From contig CAKKNE010000004.1 of NCBI GenBank assembly GCA_918797485.1, positions 4,774,001 through 4,838,000 on the forward strand: a DNA stretch of 64,000 bases. Direction: 5' to 3'. Position numbers and translations under genes: made by a program. The notes under the pieces were generated by a model. That model was given only the letters and a program-made list of their open reading frames with translations. It was not told the origin of the DNA and searched no databases. The DNA comes from Pelagomonas calceolata. Its lineage: Eukaryota. Positions 29,846-39,744 of this stretch are shown here, one piece after another. Position 1 is the stretch's first letter. Every line of letters starts with the position of its first letter.

Positions 29846-31309
29846 ATGGAGGAGGACGAGCGCCCCCAGTCCCCCGACGACGACGAGGAAGCCACGAGGA
29901 AACCGACGGCCGTCGAGCGGCGCCTCGAGCAGCGCGTGAAGCAATTGGAGGAGGCGCGGTCCGCGTCGATCCTCGCGCAAGCCGCCGCCGAGGCGATCTG
30001 CAAAGCGAAGGACGCGGAGTTACTGCGGATGCACGCAAAAATCGGCGAGGCGGAGCAGCGGGGCCAAAACGCCGCCAAGGAGGTGGAGGAAGTGGTCATG
30101 CGGCGCGTCGCGGCGGCGGCGCTCCGCGCGGACGACCTGGAGCGGCGCCTCAAGAACGCGCGCTTCGTGAGCGAGGCCTCGGAGCGCCTGGCGGCGGAGG
30201 CCGTCGTAGGGAGAGACGCCGCCGAGCGCGAGGCCGCCGATGCCAATCGAGACGCGCGGCGCCTCGCGCGCCACGTCGGCGCGCTGCGCGAGAAGCAGAC
30301 GCGCGAAGAATTGCGACGGGTCGAGCGGAGGCGCGTCGAGCTCATCAACGCGGCCGAGACGGTCGCGCGGGACCTCGAGGGCGACCCGGAGCTCGCGCTG
30401 CCCATCGGGGCCACCAAACGCAAGAAGCTCGCGCAGACGCGCGCGAAGCTCCAGGAGTTGCTGCGCGACCGCGACACGGCCGCGAAGATGGCGGACCGCC
30501 TCGACAAGCAGGCCCGTCTAGACGACGCGCTCCGGACGGCGGCGGCGACGGGCCGCGCGGACCACGTCCACGTCCTGGCGGCGCGCGGCGGCCGCGCGGA
30601 CCAGCCCGACGCGCACGGCGCGACGGCCTTAGATTATGCGTGCGGCGCGGGCCACGCCGACGCTTGTCGAGCCTGTCTCGAAGCGGGCGCCGACGCCCTG
30701 GGCGACGCGCTGGGCCTCGGCGGTTTGTTTACGACGGGGCGCGGGCGCGTGATCGGGGGCGACGCGCCGCCGCTCGCGGCGGAGAACCCCTACCTCAAAC
30801 CGACGTCGAAGCCGCGGCGGAGCAAGACGCAGAAGGGCATCACGCAGAACGAGGCCGCGGCCTGCGCCGCGTCGCGGCCGCTGGTGATTGCAGCATCAAG
30901 GGGTCACGTCGAGGTCATGCGCGTGCTCATGGACCACGTGGGCGAGGGGCCGCCCCTCGCGCGGCTGCTGGCCGCGGCGGACGCCCAGGGCCGGACGGCG
31001 CTCCACGCCTGCGCGCTGCACGGCGCGACGCGCGCCGCCAAGATGCTGGTGGACGCGGGCGCGGACGTCGACGCCGTCGACGGCACGGGCGCGACGCCGC
31101 TCCACGTCGCCGCGACGGGTGACTGCGGCGACGACGAGAAGGCCTGCGAGATCGTGGCGTTGTTGTCCTCGCGCCACGCGAACCAGGCCGCGCGGAACAG
31201 GAGCGGCGAGCGGCCCGTGGACACTGCGCACCAGCGGGGCAACGTCGCGCTCATCAAGGCGCTCAACGGCGCCTGGGAGGACTTCGAGCGCCTAAGCTTG
31301 ACAACTTAA
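29846..31309 (+). CDS. Coiled-coil plus ankyrin-repeat protein
   Basis: Charged heptad-like N-terminal half; GATALDYA, GRTALHAC and GATPLHVA repeats. Confidence 0.85.
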   Translation: MEEDERPQSPDDDEEATRKPTAVERRLEQRVKQLEEARSASILAQAAAEAICKAKDAELLRMHAKIGEAEQRGQNAAKEVEEVVMRRVAAAALRADDLERRLKNARFVSEASERLAAEAVVGRDAAEREAADANRDARRLARHVGALREKQTREELRRVERRRVELINAAETVARDLEGDPELALPIGATKRKKLAQTRAKLQELLRDRDTAAKMADRLDKQARLDDALRTAAATGRADHVHVLAARGGRADQPDAHGATALDYACGAGHADACRACLEAGADALGDALGLGGLFTTGRGRVIGGDAPPLAAENPYLKPTSKPRRSKTQKGITQNEAAACAASRPLVIAASRGHVEVMRVLMDHVGEGPPLARLLAAADAQGRTALHACALHGATRAAKMLVDAGADVDAVDGTGATPLHVAATGDCGDDEKACEIVALLSSRHANQAARNRSGERPVDTAHQRGNVALIKALNGAWEDFERLSLTT

Positions 31310-31380
31310 GATTGCCAGTGCCAGTGGGTTAGGCGCCTGGGAGGACTTCGAGCGCCTAAGTCTGACAACCTAGACTGTTA

Positions 31381-31821
31381 TTATTGCATGTTCACGGACT
31401 CCCGCAGGAAGCGGATGCCCCGCAAACCCCCGCCGCTGCCGACCTTGGTCCCCTCGCCGTTCACGACAAAGGCGCCCCCGTTGTCGTGCGTCACCGTCGC
31501 CGTGGGCTCCTTGGGCGCGTCCTCGTCGTCGTCGAGCGGCGAGGGCTGGTGCGCGGGCCGCCGCGGCTGGACGACGGGCGTCGAGCCCGCCGCGCGCTTG
31601 CGGACCTCGTCGCCGTCGACGTCCCTCTCGGTGTTGCCGTCGTCCTCGTAGCGCAGGTCGTAGAATTCCGCGCCGCCGTCGACGTAGCAGTCGGTGACGC
31701 GCGCGGGGAACCAGGCGCCGTCGATGACGCGCTCGACGCGGTCGCCGCGCTTGTAGCGCGCGCGCTGCGCGGGCTCGTTGGGGGTCGACATGGCGTCGTC
31801 GGCCTGCCAGACGTCGGGCAT
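31381..31821 (-). CDS. Tudor/Agenet-like domain protein
   Basis: 'YKRGDRVE...WFPARV...YDLRYEDDG..E'. Confidence 0.6.
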   Translation of the reverse strand: MPDVWQADDAMSTPNEPAQRARYKRGDRVERVIDGAWFPARVTDCYVDGGAEFYDLRYEDDGNTERDVDGDEVRKRAAGSTPVVQPRRPAHQPSPLDDDEDAPKEPTATVTHDNGGAFVVNGEGTKVGSGGGLRGIRFLRESVNMQ

Positions 31822-32255
31822 TGTTGCTTTGCTGCCTCGGTGCTGCGGTGGTTTTTGCGGCGTGTGGGGTCGTGCGGCGGTGGCGTTGGGCAGCGCTGCG
31901 GCGTGCTATGGCAGCGTTTTTGCGGCGGTTGTTGGCCGGCTAGTAGGTCTACGATCTAGGCGTTCCAGCTTTTTTTGTCTGCAACTTGAGCCACAAGCGC
32001 CCGGTTGCACAGCCGCCTTGCTTTGCACTCAAGCGCTGCTAGCACTCCCGCAGCCGAGTGAGCACAAAGCCTTGTGCATTTGCATCGACACAGCCGGCAT
32101 CAGCACTCAATGCCTCTTGGACGCTCTGACGCGACGCCGCATCATAACTACTTCATTTTCCTCGGTGTAGCCGTGATTATAGTGCTTGCGGTGCTGCCAT
32201 TTGCGTGCGAGGGCCCGCTGCGGCGCTGGAACAAGAACCGACGCGGACGCCTGGA

Positions 32256-33038
32256 ATGAGGAGCTTCGCATTGATCGCAGCGAGTGCGGCGGCGCTGCAG
32301 GCACAGCCGCGGGACTGCTTCCTGCTCTCCTCGTTCAGCGACGGCGTCCTGGCGCGGCCCGAGGTGGGCGCGCTGCTGCGCGACGCGGTGCAGCTCAAAA
32401 CCGGCAGCGTCGACGCGCGCATACGCCTCACCTACATACCGACTGCGATGTACGCTTTGCGCCGCGAGAGCCAGCGGACGCCGGGCGTCCAGCGGCAGAG
32501 GGCGCGTCGGGACGGCAAGCAGAAGCGCGACCGCGCGGTAGCCTTCTTTGGTGGCCCGGCGCGCTGCGACGCCGTGACGCTCGATCTGTGGGACGCCTCC
32601 GTCAAGCACGCGGTCGGAGTGGCGGTGCCGACGAAGGGGGCCGACGCGTTGGGTGCCTGGGACCCGCACGTGGTGCTCGTGGACGGCGGGAACACGTTCT
32701 GGCTGCGGCGCTGCATGGAGGACTGGCTCGACGCCTTTCGAGGGTCGAGCGCCGTCTACGTCGGCGTCTCCGCCGGGGCCATCTGCGCGGGCAAGCACGT
32801 CGACACGGCGCTCTGGAAGGGCTGGGACGACCCGGGCATCGTCGAGGACATAGACGACTGGAGCGGCGTGCTCGGGTTGGATTTAGCTGGCGGCGCCTCC
32901 GTCTTCCCGCACGCGTCGGCCGAGTACGACGGGCTCGTGGCGGAGAAGACCGCGGCGCGGCACGAGCCGCTACTGAAGCTCGACGAGGGCGCGGCCTACG
33001 TCGTGGGCAGCGATGGAGGCCCCGGACGCTTCGTGTGA
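32256..33038 (+). CDS. Peptidase S51 (dipeptidase E-like)
   Basis: 'YIPTA', 'VDGGNTFWL', nucleophile motif 'GVSAGAI' and 'FPH'. Confidence 0.8.
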   Translation: MRSFALIAASAAALQAQPRDCFLLSSFSDGVLARPEVGALLRDAVQLKTGSVDARIRLTYIPTAMYALRRESQRTPGVQRQRARRDGKQKRDRAVAFFGGPARCDAVTLDLWDASVKHAVGVAVPTKGADALGAWDPHVVLVDGGNTFWLRRCMEDWLDAFRGSSAVYVGVSAGAICAGKHVDTALWKGWDDPGIVEDIDDWSGVLGLDLAGGASVFPHASAEYDGLVAEKTAARHEPLLKLDEGAAYVVGSDGGPGRFV

Positions 33039-33384
33039 TAAGTTATTAATCTAGCTGGGCACCGCGCGCGCCCCGCGCAGACCGCCGTTTTTTGTCTGCT
33101 TGCCACTCCGAGCTCTCGCCGTAGTCTTCCCGACCCCTCTATCTCGCGCGCCAGGGGTCGCGCGCGGCGGCCTCTCCCCCCAAGTTCATTTAACGCGGAG
33201 AGGGGCAGCCGCGGCGCTCTCGGCAGAGGCGCTAATAAGTACGGTGATATACGCGCGACACGTAGCACTGCTGTCGCAGAAAAGGGCTGCCGCTACGCCG
33301 CCGACGCGTCGCGTGGAACAGCCTCGCACCCCCCACACACAAGGCAGCAAGTGCCGCCGCCGCGCGCCACGCGCCCCCGGCACC

Positions 33385-34915
33385 ATGCCGAGCAAGGGCG
33401 TCGACATGATCGAGGCGCGCCGCAAGGCCGCCCTCGTGAAGATGGGCAAGGGCGTCGAGCGCGCGGGCCAGAGCACAAAAGCTGTCGGCATGTCGCAATT
33501 CAGCGGCGGCAAGACGCTGAAGAAGAACCCCGAGAACGACCTGAGCACGTCGCACTACACGGGCGAGGACCTCGAGAAGCTCGGGCTTTTGATGACGGAG
33601 CGCAAGAAGCTCGTGAAAAAAATAAGAAGGGTCACGACGCTCATGCGCCAGAAGATGCTGAAGAACGCGTCGATCAACGGGAACTGGTACAAGCTTTTTA
33701 AGTCATATGATCGGGACAATTCGGGAAACATCTCCTTCGCGGAACTGGCGTATGTCGTCTACAAGGAGCTCGACATCTCGAAGCTCGAGATGTCGCTCAA
33801 GGAACTTCGAAGTGTCTGGGGCGTCGTCGACATCAATGGCGACAACACGGTCACGGTCTGTGTGGAAATCAACCAGTGTGCCGGGTGCACGATGACGCGG
33901 CCGTGCTGGCCTCCATCGAGCGGTGAGGAACCGACATCGCCACGCCATCGAGCAGGCGTCGCGTCGATGGCGTGGAGGCGGACGCGATGATGCAGCACGA
34001 ACGCGCCGTGAAATTTTGATTTCCACACAGGTCACGGTAGAAGAATTTGCCTCGTTCATGAGAAGGATGGAGGCCAACAAAATTGATCATGTGATTCTGG
34101 AGACCGTGGACAAGCAACTGGTCGAAGGCCGATCAACTCAACCTGCTCCGTCGCCCACGAAGTCCGTCCAGGGCGGCGCGTCGGTCCCAGCGCTCAAATC
34201 AAACGTCGCGGCGCATCTCCGCCCACGGCTGAATCACGACCTGCACGCCATCGACGCGATTCTTCCTCGACGGCGTGGCGGTGCGATTCTCGACGCGCGA
34301 CTTGGCCAGCACGGCCGCGTCGTCGCTGAGAAATAACTTCGCAAAAATTATCGGTGCACCCGAGTCACGGGTTGATTTGCGCACAGGTCGGTCCTGACGC
34401 GAGCCACGTCCCCGCCCATCGGCAGGACCGGGCGGCACCTCGCGGCGCTCGGGCCGAGCGAGGAGCCCCAGGCCGTCTCGACGTGGTTGCGCCAGTACCG
34501 GAGGATTGCCGACTACTCCTCCATCTCGCAGACGCGGAGCTTCTACATGGGCAATCCCCCGGAAGAGAACTCCACCATCGCGAACATGGTGCCGCGCCTC
34601 GAGTACAACCTCAAGGCGCGCCAGCTCCAGCGGATCAAGTTCGGGGAGGTGCTGAGCTCGGGCGGCGCGCGCTACCCGCTCATGGAGCACAAGCGGGACG
34701 CGGACCGATTATACGAGGTGCACGGCAAGCCGCTCTACGAGCTCGAGGCGCTCGAGGCCGTCGCGACGTCGCCCCGCGGCACGGCCCCGATCGACGCCTT
34801 CGACCAGGACGCCCACTGGAGCCAGCGCCTCGCGATGGTGCCGACGCACGCGATGCTTGCGAAGCAAGCGACGAAGCTCGCGGATCTGAAGCACAAGTTT
34901 AAGATCAAGACATAG
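33385..34915 (+). CDS. EF-hand protein; exons 33385-33849, 34031-34179 and 34387-34915
   Basis: EF loops DRDNSGNISFAE and DINGDNT|VTVEEF. Removing both introns gives one continuous frame. Confidence 0.85.
33850..34030 (+). mobile_element. Introner intron, family A
   Basis: Perfect TSD GTCACGGT at 33850-33857 and 34031-34038; TIRs bound 33858-34030. Confidence 0.95.
34180..34386 (+). mobile_element. Introner intron, family A variant
   Basis: Perfect TSD GTCGGTCC at 34180-34187 and 34387-34394; ends TTGATTTGCGCACAG. Confidence 0.9.
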
Positions 34916-35073
34916 CTAGCCTCCAATTGTGCCCACCCCCAGGTAGTCGTCCGGGACCGCACCCGCACCCGCACGTACAAAAGCTTGGATTTTGCTGGAT
35001 TGGATTTTGGGCAGCTGAAAAGGGTCGGATGATGCGCCACGCGCTGCCGCAGTGATCGCATAACTGGTCGACG

Positions 35074-38000
35074 ATGTTACGGGTACCCAGGAGCCTGTGG
35101 AGGTCATGCTCGGGGCTGGCGCGGACGCGAGTCTGCACAAATTCAAGACTTCGCATCGGCTACCCATCGTCAAACTTTGGGAGGCGCGCGTACAGCGACT
35201 TAGGCGACGACGCGAAGAAGCGAGATATTCTGGAGCACTTGCTCTCGACCGTCGAGCGCGAGCACGGCAGCGATGGCGTGGAGGTAGCCGCCGTGCTGGG
35301 GAACCTCGGGGAGGTGCACAATCAATTGGGAGACTACGCCAAGGCGCGAGACGTCCTGGAGCGCGCGCTCCCGATCTACGAGCGTGAGCAAGGCAACGAA
35401 AGGCAAGTGGCCAACACGCTGGGTAACCTAGGGAACGCGCACGGTGGCTTAGGTGACCACGCGAAAAAGCGAGACATGCAGGAGCGCGCGCTCGCGATCA
35501 AGGAGCGGGTGCACGGCCGCGACCACCCGGAAGTAGCCAACACGCTGTTCAATCTCGCCCAAGCGCATGGCAAATTAGGCGACCTCCCCAAGAGACGCGA
35601 GCTCCTAGAACGCGTCCTCCCGATATTTAAGCGCGCTCACGGACCTGACCATCCGTACACGAAGGGGTGTCAAGGACAACTCACCTACACACTGATGGAA
35701 CTCGGGAATACGTATGGCAAATTAGGCGACCACGCGAAGAAGCGAGACATTCTAGAGCATGCACTCGCGATGCAGGAGCGGGCGCACGACAGCGATGGCG
35801 TGGAGGTAGCCGCAGTGTTGTTTGAGCTCGGGAAAGCGTACGGCAAATTAGGCGACCAGACGAAGAAACGAGACATGATGGAGCGCGCGCTCACGATCGA
35901 GGAGCGGGAGCTCGGCCGCGATCACGTGCAAGTGGCCGCCACGCTGAATGTCCTCGGGGTTGTGTACGGCGAATCAGGCGACCACGCGAAGGCGCGGGAC
36001 ATGTTCGAGCGCGCGCTCTCCGTCTTTGAGCGCGAGTACGGCAAGGACAGCACGCAAGTGGCCACCACGCTGCAGGCCCTCGGAATCCCGTACGGCGCCT
36101 TAGGCGACCACGCCAAGTCGCGAGAGGTCCTGCTTCGCGCGCTCGCGATCAACGAGCAGGCGCACGGGCCCGATCATCCCAGCACAAAGCAGACCAAGAA
36201 AGTTCTCGCCGTACTTCAGAGCAAGGCGCCACCGCCGGACTTCGACGCTGAGGCAGAAATAGCGAACGCGTCGAAGATGCGCATCAAGGAACTGCAGACT
36301 GCCCTCGGCAAGATGGGCGTGTCGACGCGCGGCCTGTTTGAGAAAACGGAGCTCGTCGACGCGTACGTCGGCGCGTTGCGGGACGGCAAGCGGCCCGACG
36401 CGCCCGCGAACGGCGACGATAAGACGTCGAAGACGGGGTCGGCGAAGGCTTCACTCACACCCCTCGACGTCGTTTTTGATGTTATCAACGACACCCTAGA
36501 GAAAGAAGGGAGTGGAGGCGAAAACAAAAAGGAGCTGGAGCGCCTGCTAGTGATTGTCGAGCGTGTAAAAGCGGGAGTCGGTGATGGCGCGCGCGTTGGA
36601 GGCGACGACCTAAAGGAGCTGGAGCGCCTACTGCTCCCGATTTTCGAGCGTAAGCGCGGTACGGACAGCATGGAAGTGGCAGCCTTGTTGTCTGGGCTCG
36701 GGCAGGCTTACCTGAAACTCGGCGACTATGCCAAGGCGCGTGACCTACTGGAGCGCGCGCTCGCGATCATCGAGCGGACGTACGGCCCCGACCACGCGAT
36801 AGTGGCCGTCACGCTGACGAACCTCGGGCTCGCGTACGGCGAGTTAGGCGACCACGCGAAGAAGCGAGACCTGCTAGAGCGCGCGCTCGCAATCGACGAG
36901 CGGACGTACGGAAGCGACCACGCGGAACTAGCAATTACACTGATGAACCTCGGGAACGCGTACGGCCAATTAGGTGACCAGACGAAGAAACGAGACGTGC
37001 TAGAGCGCGCGCTCACGATCTACGAGCGCGAGCACGGTAGCGATAGTCCGCAAGTGGCCCTCACGCTGATGAATCTCGGGAATGCGCAAGGCGACCATAG
37101 CAAGCGGCGAGATATGCTGGAGCGTGCGCTCGTAATCCAGGAGCGGGCGTACGGCCGCGACCACGCAGAAGTGGCCGGAACGCTGACGAACCTTGGTGGC
37201 GTGCACATTGATTTAGGCGACCACGCCAAGGCGCGAGACTTCCTGGAGCGCGCGCTCGCGATCTTTGAGCGGGCGTTTGGCCGCGATCACACGAGGGTGG
37301 CCGACACGCTGTTCAATCTCGGGGGCGCGTATTCTTATCTAGGCGACCACGCGAAGGCGCGAGACGTGCTGGAGCGCGCACTCGCTGTCTACGCGCAGGC
37401 ATTCGGAAGCGACCACCCGAAGGTGGCAAACACGCGGACAATCCTCGAAAACACGCTGAAAAACCTCGCAGCCGACTTGGAGATCCCGCTGCACACTGCG
37501 GCGATGAGAGGCGACGTCGATGCGATAACGCGGCTCCTGGACGGCGGCGCCGAGGTCGACCAGGCAGAGGAGGACGGCAAAACACCGCTGCTCGTTGCGT
37601 GCGCTTTAGGCCACGTCGACGTGGTGCGGCTATTGCTGGAAAAGGGTGCCGACGTTGATCGGGCGACGGAGAACGGTATGACGCCGCTGTTCATCGCCTG
37701 TACTGCGGGCCATGTCGACGCAGTGAAGCAGTTGCTGGACAAAGGTGCTGCGGTCAATCGGGCGTGGGAGGACGGCGCGACGCCGCTGTTCTTCGCCTGC
37801 CAGGAGGGCCACGTCGACGCGGCGCGGCTGGTGCTGGAGAAAGGCGCGGAGGTCGATCGTGCGAGGGACAACGGAGCGACGCCGCTGTTCATCGCCTGCT
37901 TTTACGGCCACGTCGACACGGCGCGGCTGGTGCTGGACAAAGGCGCGGACGTCAATCGGCCGGAAGAGGGCGGGCGGACGCCGCTATGGCAAGCGTGCTA

Positions 38001-38442
38001 CGAGGGTCAGGTCGACGCGGCGCGGCTGTTGTTGGAGCGTGGTGCTGAGGTTGATCGGGCGACAAAGGACGGTATGACGCCGCTATTCATCGCCTGCCAG
38101 AACGGGCACGTCGACGCGGCGCGGCTGTTGTCAGATAAAGGCGCGGAGGTCGACCGGGCGGACAAGAACGGGCAGACGCCGCTGTACATCGCCTGTGCTG
38201 TGGGCCAGGTCGACGCGGCGCGGCTTTTAGTGGACAAAGGCGCGGAGGTCGATCGGGCGGTGCAGGGCGCGACGCCGCTGATGGTCGCCTGCCAGCAGGG
38301 CCACGTCGACGTGGTGCGGCTGTTGGTAGATAAAGGCGCGGAGGTCGACCGGGCGGCGGAGGACGGTCGGACGCCACTGTTCGTCGCAAAAAGCAAGGGT
38401 CACTCGTCCATCGTCGCGTTCCTCGGGGAGCACCAGAAGTGA
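35074..38442 (+). CDS. TPR (kinesin-light-chain-type, 42-aa) plus ankyrin repeat protein
   Basis: Many 'VA.TL.NLG.AYG.LGDHAK.RD.LERAL.I.ER' repeats in two blocks, followed by about 10 'TPLFIAC..GHVDAARLLLDKGAEVDR' repeats. Confidence 0.9.
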   Translation: MLRVPRSLWRSCSGLARTRVCTNSRLRIGYPSSNFGRRAYSDLGDDAKKRDILEHLLSTVEREHGSDGVEVAAVLGNLGEVHNQLGDYAKARDVLERALPIYEREQGNERQVANTLGNLGNAHGGLGDHAKKRDMQERALAIKERVHGRDHPEVANTLFNLAQAHGKLGDLPKRRELLERVLPIFKRAHGPDHPYTKGCQGQLTYTLMELGNTYGKLGDHAKKRDILEHALAMQERAHDSDGVEVAAVLFELGKAYGKLGDQTKKRDMMERALTIEERELGRDHVQVAATLNVLGVVYGESGDHAKARDMFERALSVFEREYGKDSTQVATTLQALGIPYGALGDHAKSREVLLRALAINEQAHGPDHPSTKQTKKVLAVLQSKAPPPDFDAEAEIANASKMRIKELQTALGKMGVSTRGLFEKTELVDAYVGALRDGKRPDAPANGDDKTSKTGSAKASLTPLDVVFDVINDTLEKEGSGGENKKELERLLVIVERVKAGVGDGARVGGDDLKELERLLLPIFERKRGTDSMEVAALLSGLGQAYLKLGDYAKARDLLERALAIIERTYGPDHAIVAVTLTNLGLAYGELGDHAKKRDLLERALAIDERTYGSDHAELAITLMNLGNAYGQLGDQTKKRDVLERALTIYEREHGSDSPQVALTLMNLGNAQGDHSKRRDMLERALVIQERAYGRDHAEVAGTLTNLGGVHIDLGDHAKARDFLERALAIFERAFGRDHTRVADTLFNLGGAYSYLGDHAKARDVLERALAVYAQAFGSDHPKVANTRTILENTLKNLAADLEIPLHTAAMRGDVDAITRLLDGGAEVDQAEEDGKTPLLVACALGHVDVVRLLLEKGADVDRATENGMTPLFIACTAGHVDAVKQLLDKGAAVNRAWEDGATPLFFACQEGHVDAARLVLEKGAEVDRARDNGATPLFIACFYGHVDTARLVLDKGADVNRPEEGGRTPLWQACYEGQVDAARLLLERGAEVDRATKDGMTPLFIACQNGHVDAARLLSDKGAEVDRADKNGQTPLYIACAVGQVDAARLLVDKGAEVDRAVQGATPLMVACQQGHVDVVRLLVDKGAEVDRAAEDGRTPLFVAKSKGHSSIVAFLGEHQK

Positions 38443-38833
38443 CTACGGGTACGTATACGCCCAACTCGGTGACTCTTCCGACATTAACTCCATCTCGTCC
38501 CGGCGCGAAGCGTCTCCGTAAATGCGGTTCAATACATGAATAACACAGAAACCCACTACTTATCCTTCTTCCCCTGCTTCCGCCGCTTTCCATATCACCC
38601 CAATTGGTATATGCTCCCACCCGCGCGGCAGGCCGCCGCACGCCGCCGCCGCCGCCGCCGCGACGCGCGCCACGTCCGTCGCGTTCAGGTCGACCCGCGC
38701 GACGGTCTTGAGCCAGCGGTCGGGGTCGCGGACGCCCTTGACCAGCGGGTACCGCTCCTCGGCCGGCCGCTTCTCATTCTGATTCGCGGCGGTTCACGAA
38801 GGCCGGCCTTCTGATGAATAATTATTAAGCTTG

Positions 38834-38852
38834 CTAGTGTGTAGGACGCTAG
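38834..38852 (-). promoter_or_regulatory. CTAG-bounded motif, type B (reverse complement CTAGCGTCCTACACACTAG)
   Basis: About 130 bp upstream of the ATG at 38985. Confidence 0.55.
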
Positions 38853-38984
38853 CCCTTTTGACAGCCACCCGGCCAGGGCTTGTAAGGCTAAAAAATCTAG
38901 GTCAAATCCACGTACAGACGCCATACAGCTGCACCACCAGCGCCGTGGTGTTTAGGAGAACGAAAGAGGCTCTGCACAAACAGC

Positions 38985-39737
38985 ATGGCGTCCCTAGGCT
39001 GGAACACAGAGTCGACGCTGCTCCCAAAAAAAGCCAAGAAGATCGCCGCGCCCAACACATCAATGGGCGCACTGAAGGACGAGGTCTTCGCCGCGTCCAT
39101 GACCGCCGCGGCGGCCGGCGGCAAGGGAAAATACGCCCGCGGCACGGCGTCGCGGCGGAGGACCGACGCCGACGACCTCGACTCGGCGGGCCGGAAGCGG
39201 CCGCGGCGGCGCGAGGCGCGGCGCGCGCGCGAGGAAGGCGACGATGACGACCGCGCCGCGGCGTCGCGGCGCAAGCTCGAGGCGAAGGCGAGACTCTACG
39301 ACGACCTGCGGCGGGGCGAGGCGCGCGCGCCGGCCGAATTTCTGGTCACGTTCGACGACGCGGGCGCGGCGCCCCCGCCGGCCCGCGTCGCCGAGCAGGA
39401 GAGCGGCGGCACGCGCTGGGCCTGGGGCCGGGGCGAGGCCGAGGCGCCCCCGTCCATGAGTGGTGCGGAGCTGCTCGACGTGGCAGCGCGACGCGCGGCG
39501 GCGGACCGCGCCCGGGACGAGCGGCCCGATAACGACGACGACGCCGCGCCGCGCTCGGACACGGCCGTCAAGAGCCAGTGGGAGAAGACCCTCAACCGGG
39601 ACGAGAAGAGCCATCTAGGCGAGATCCACGCCGAGGCGGAGCGCGAACGCGCCGCGGCGCCGGCTCGCCAAGCGCAAGAAAAAGCGCGCGTCGCGGGCCT
39701 GGCGCGGCTCATCGGACGCCTCGAGAAGGATAAGTGA
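38985..39737 (+). CDS. CCDC174-like (DUF4078) protein
   Basis: 'SRRKLEAKARLYD.L' and 'FLVTF'. Confidence 0.55.
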   Translation: MASLGWNTESTLLPKKAKKIAAPNTSMGALKDEVFAASMTAAAAGGKGKYARGTASRRRTDADDLDSAGRKRPRRREARRAREEGDDDDRAAASRRKLEAKARLYDDLRRGEARAPAEFLVTFDDAGAAPPPARVAEQESGGTRWAWGRGEAEAPPSMSGAELLDVAARRAAADRARDERPDNDDDAAPRSDTAVKSQWEKTLNRDEKSHLGEIHAEAERERAAAPARQAQEKARVAGLARLIGRLEKDK

Positions 39738-39744
39738 CGTGTGT

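Noticed and set aside
4649..29846. GGGCAGCC-like word shortly upstream of several ATGs
   Set aside because: Too short and GC-rich to distinguish from background without statistics.
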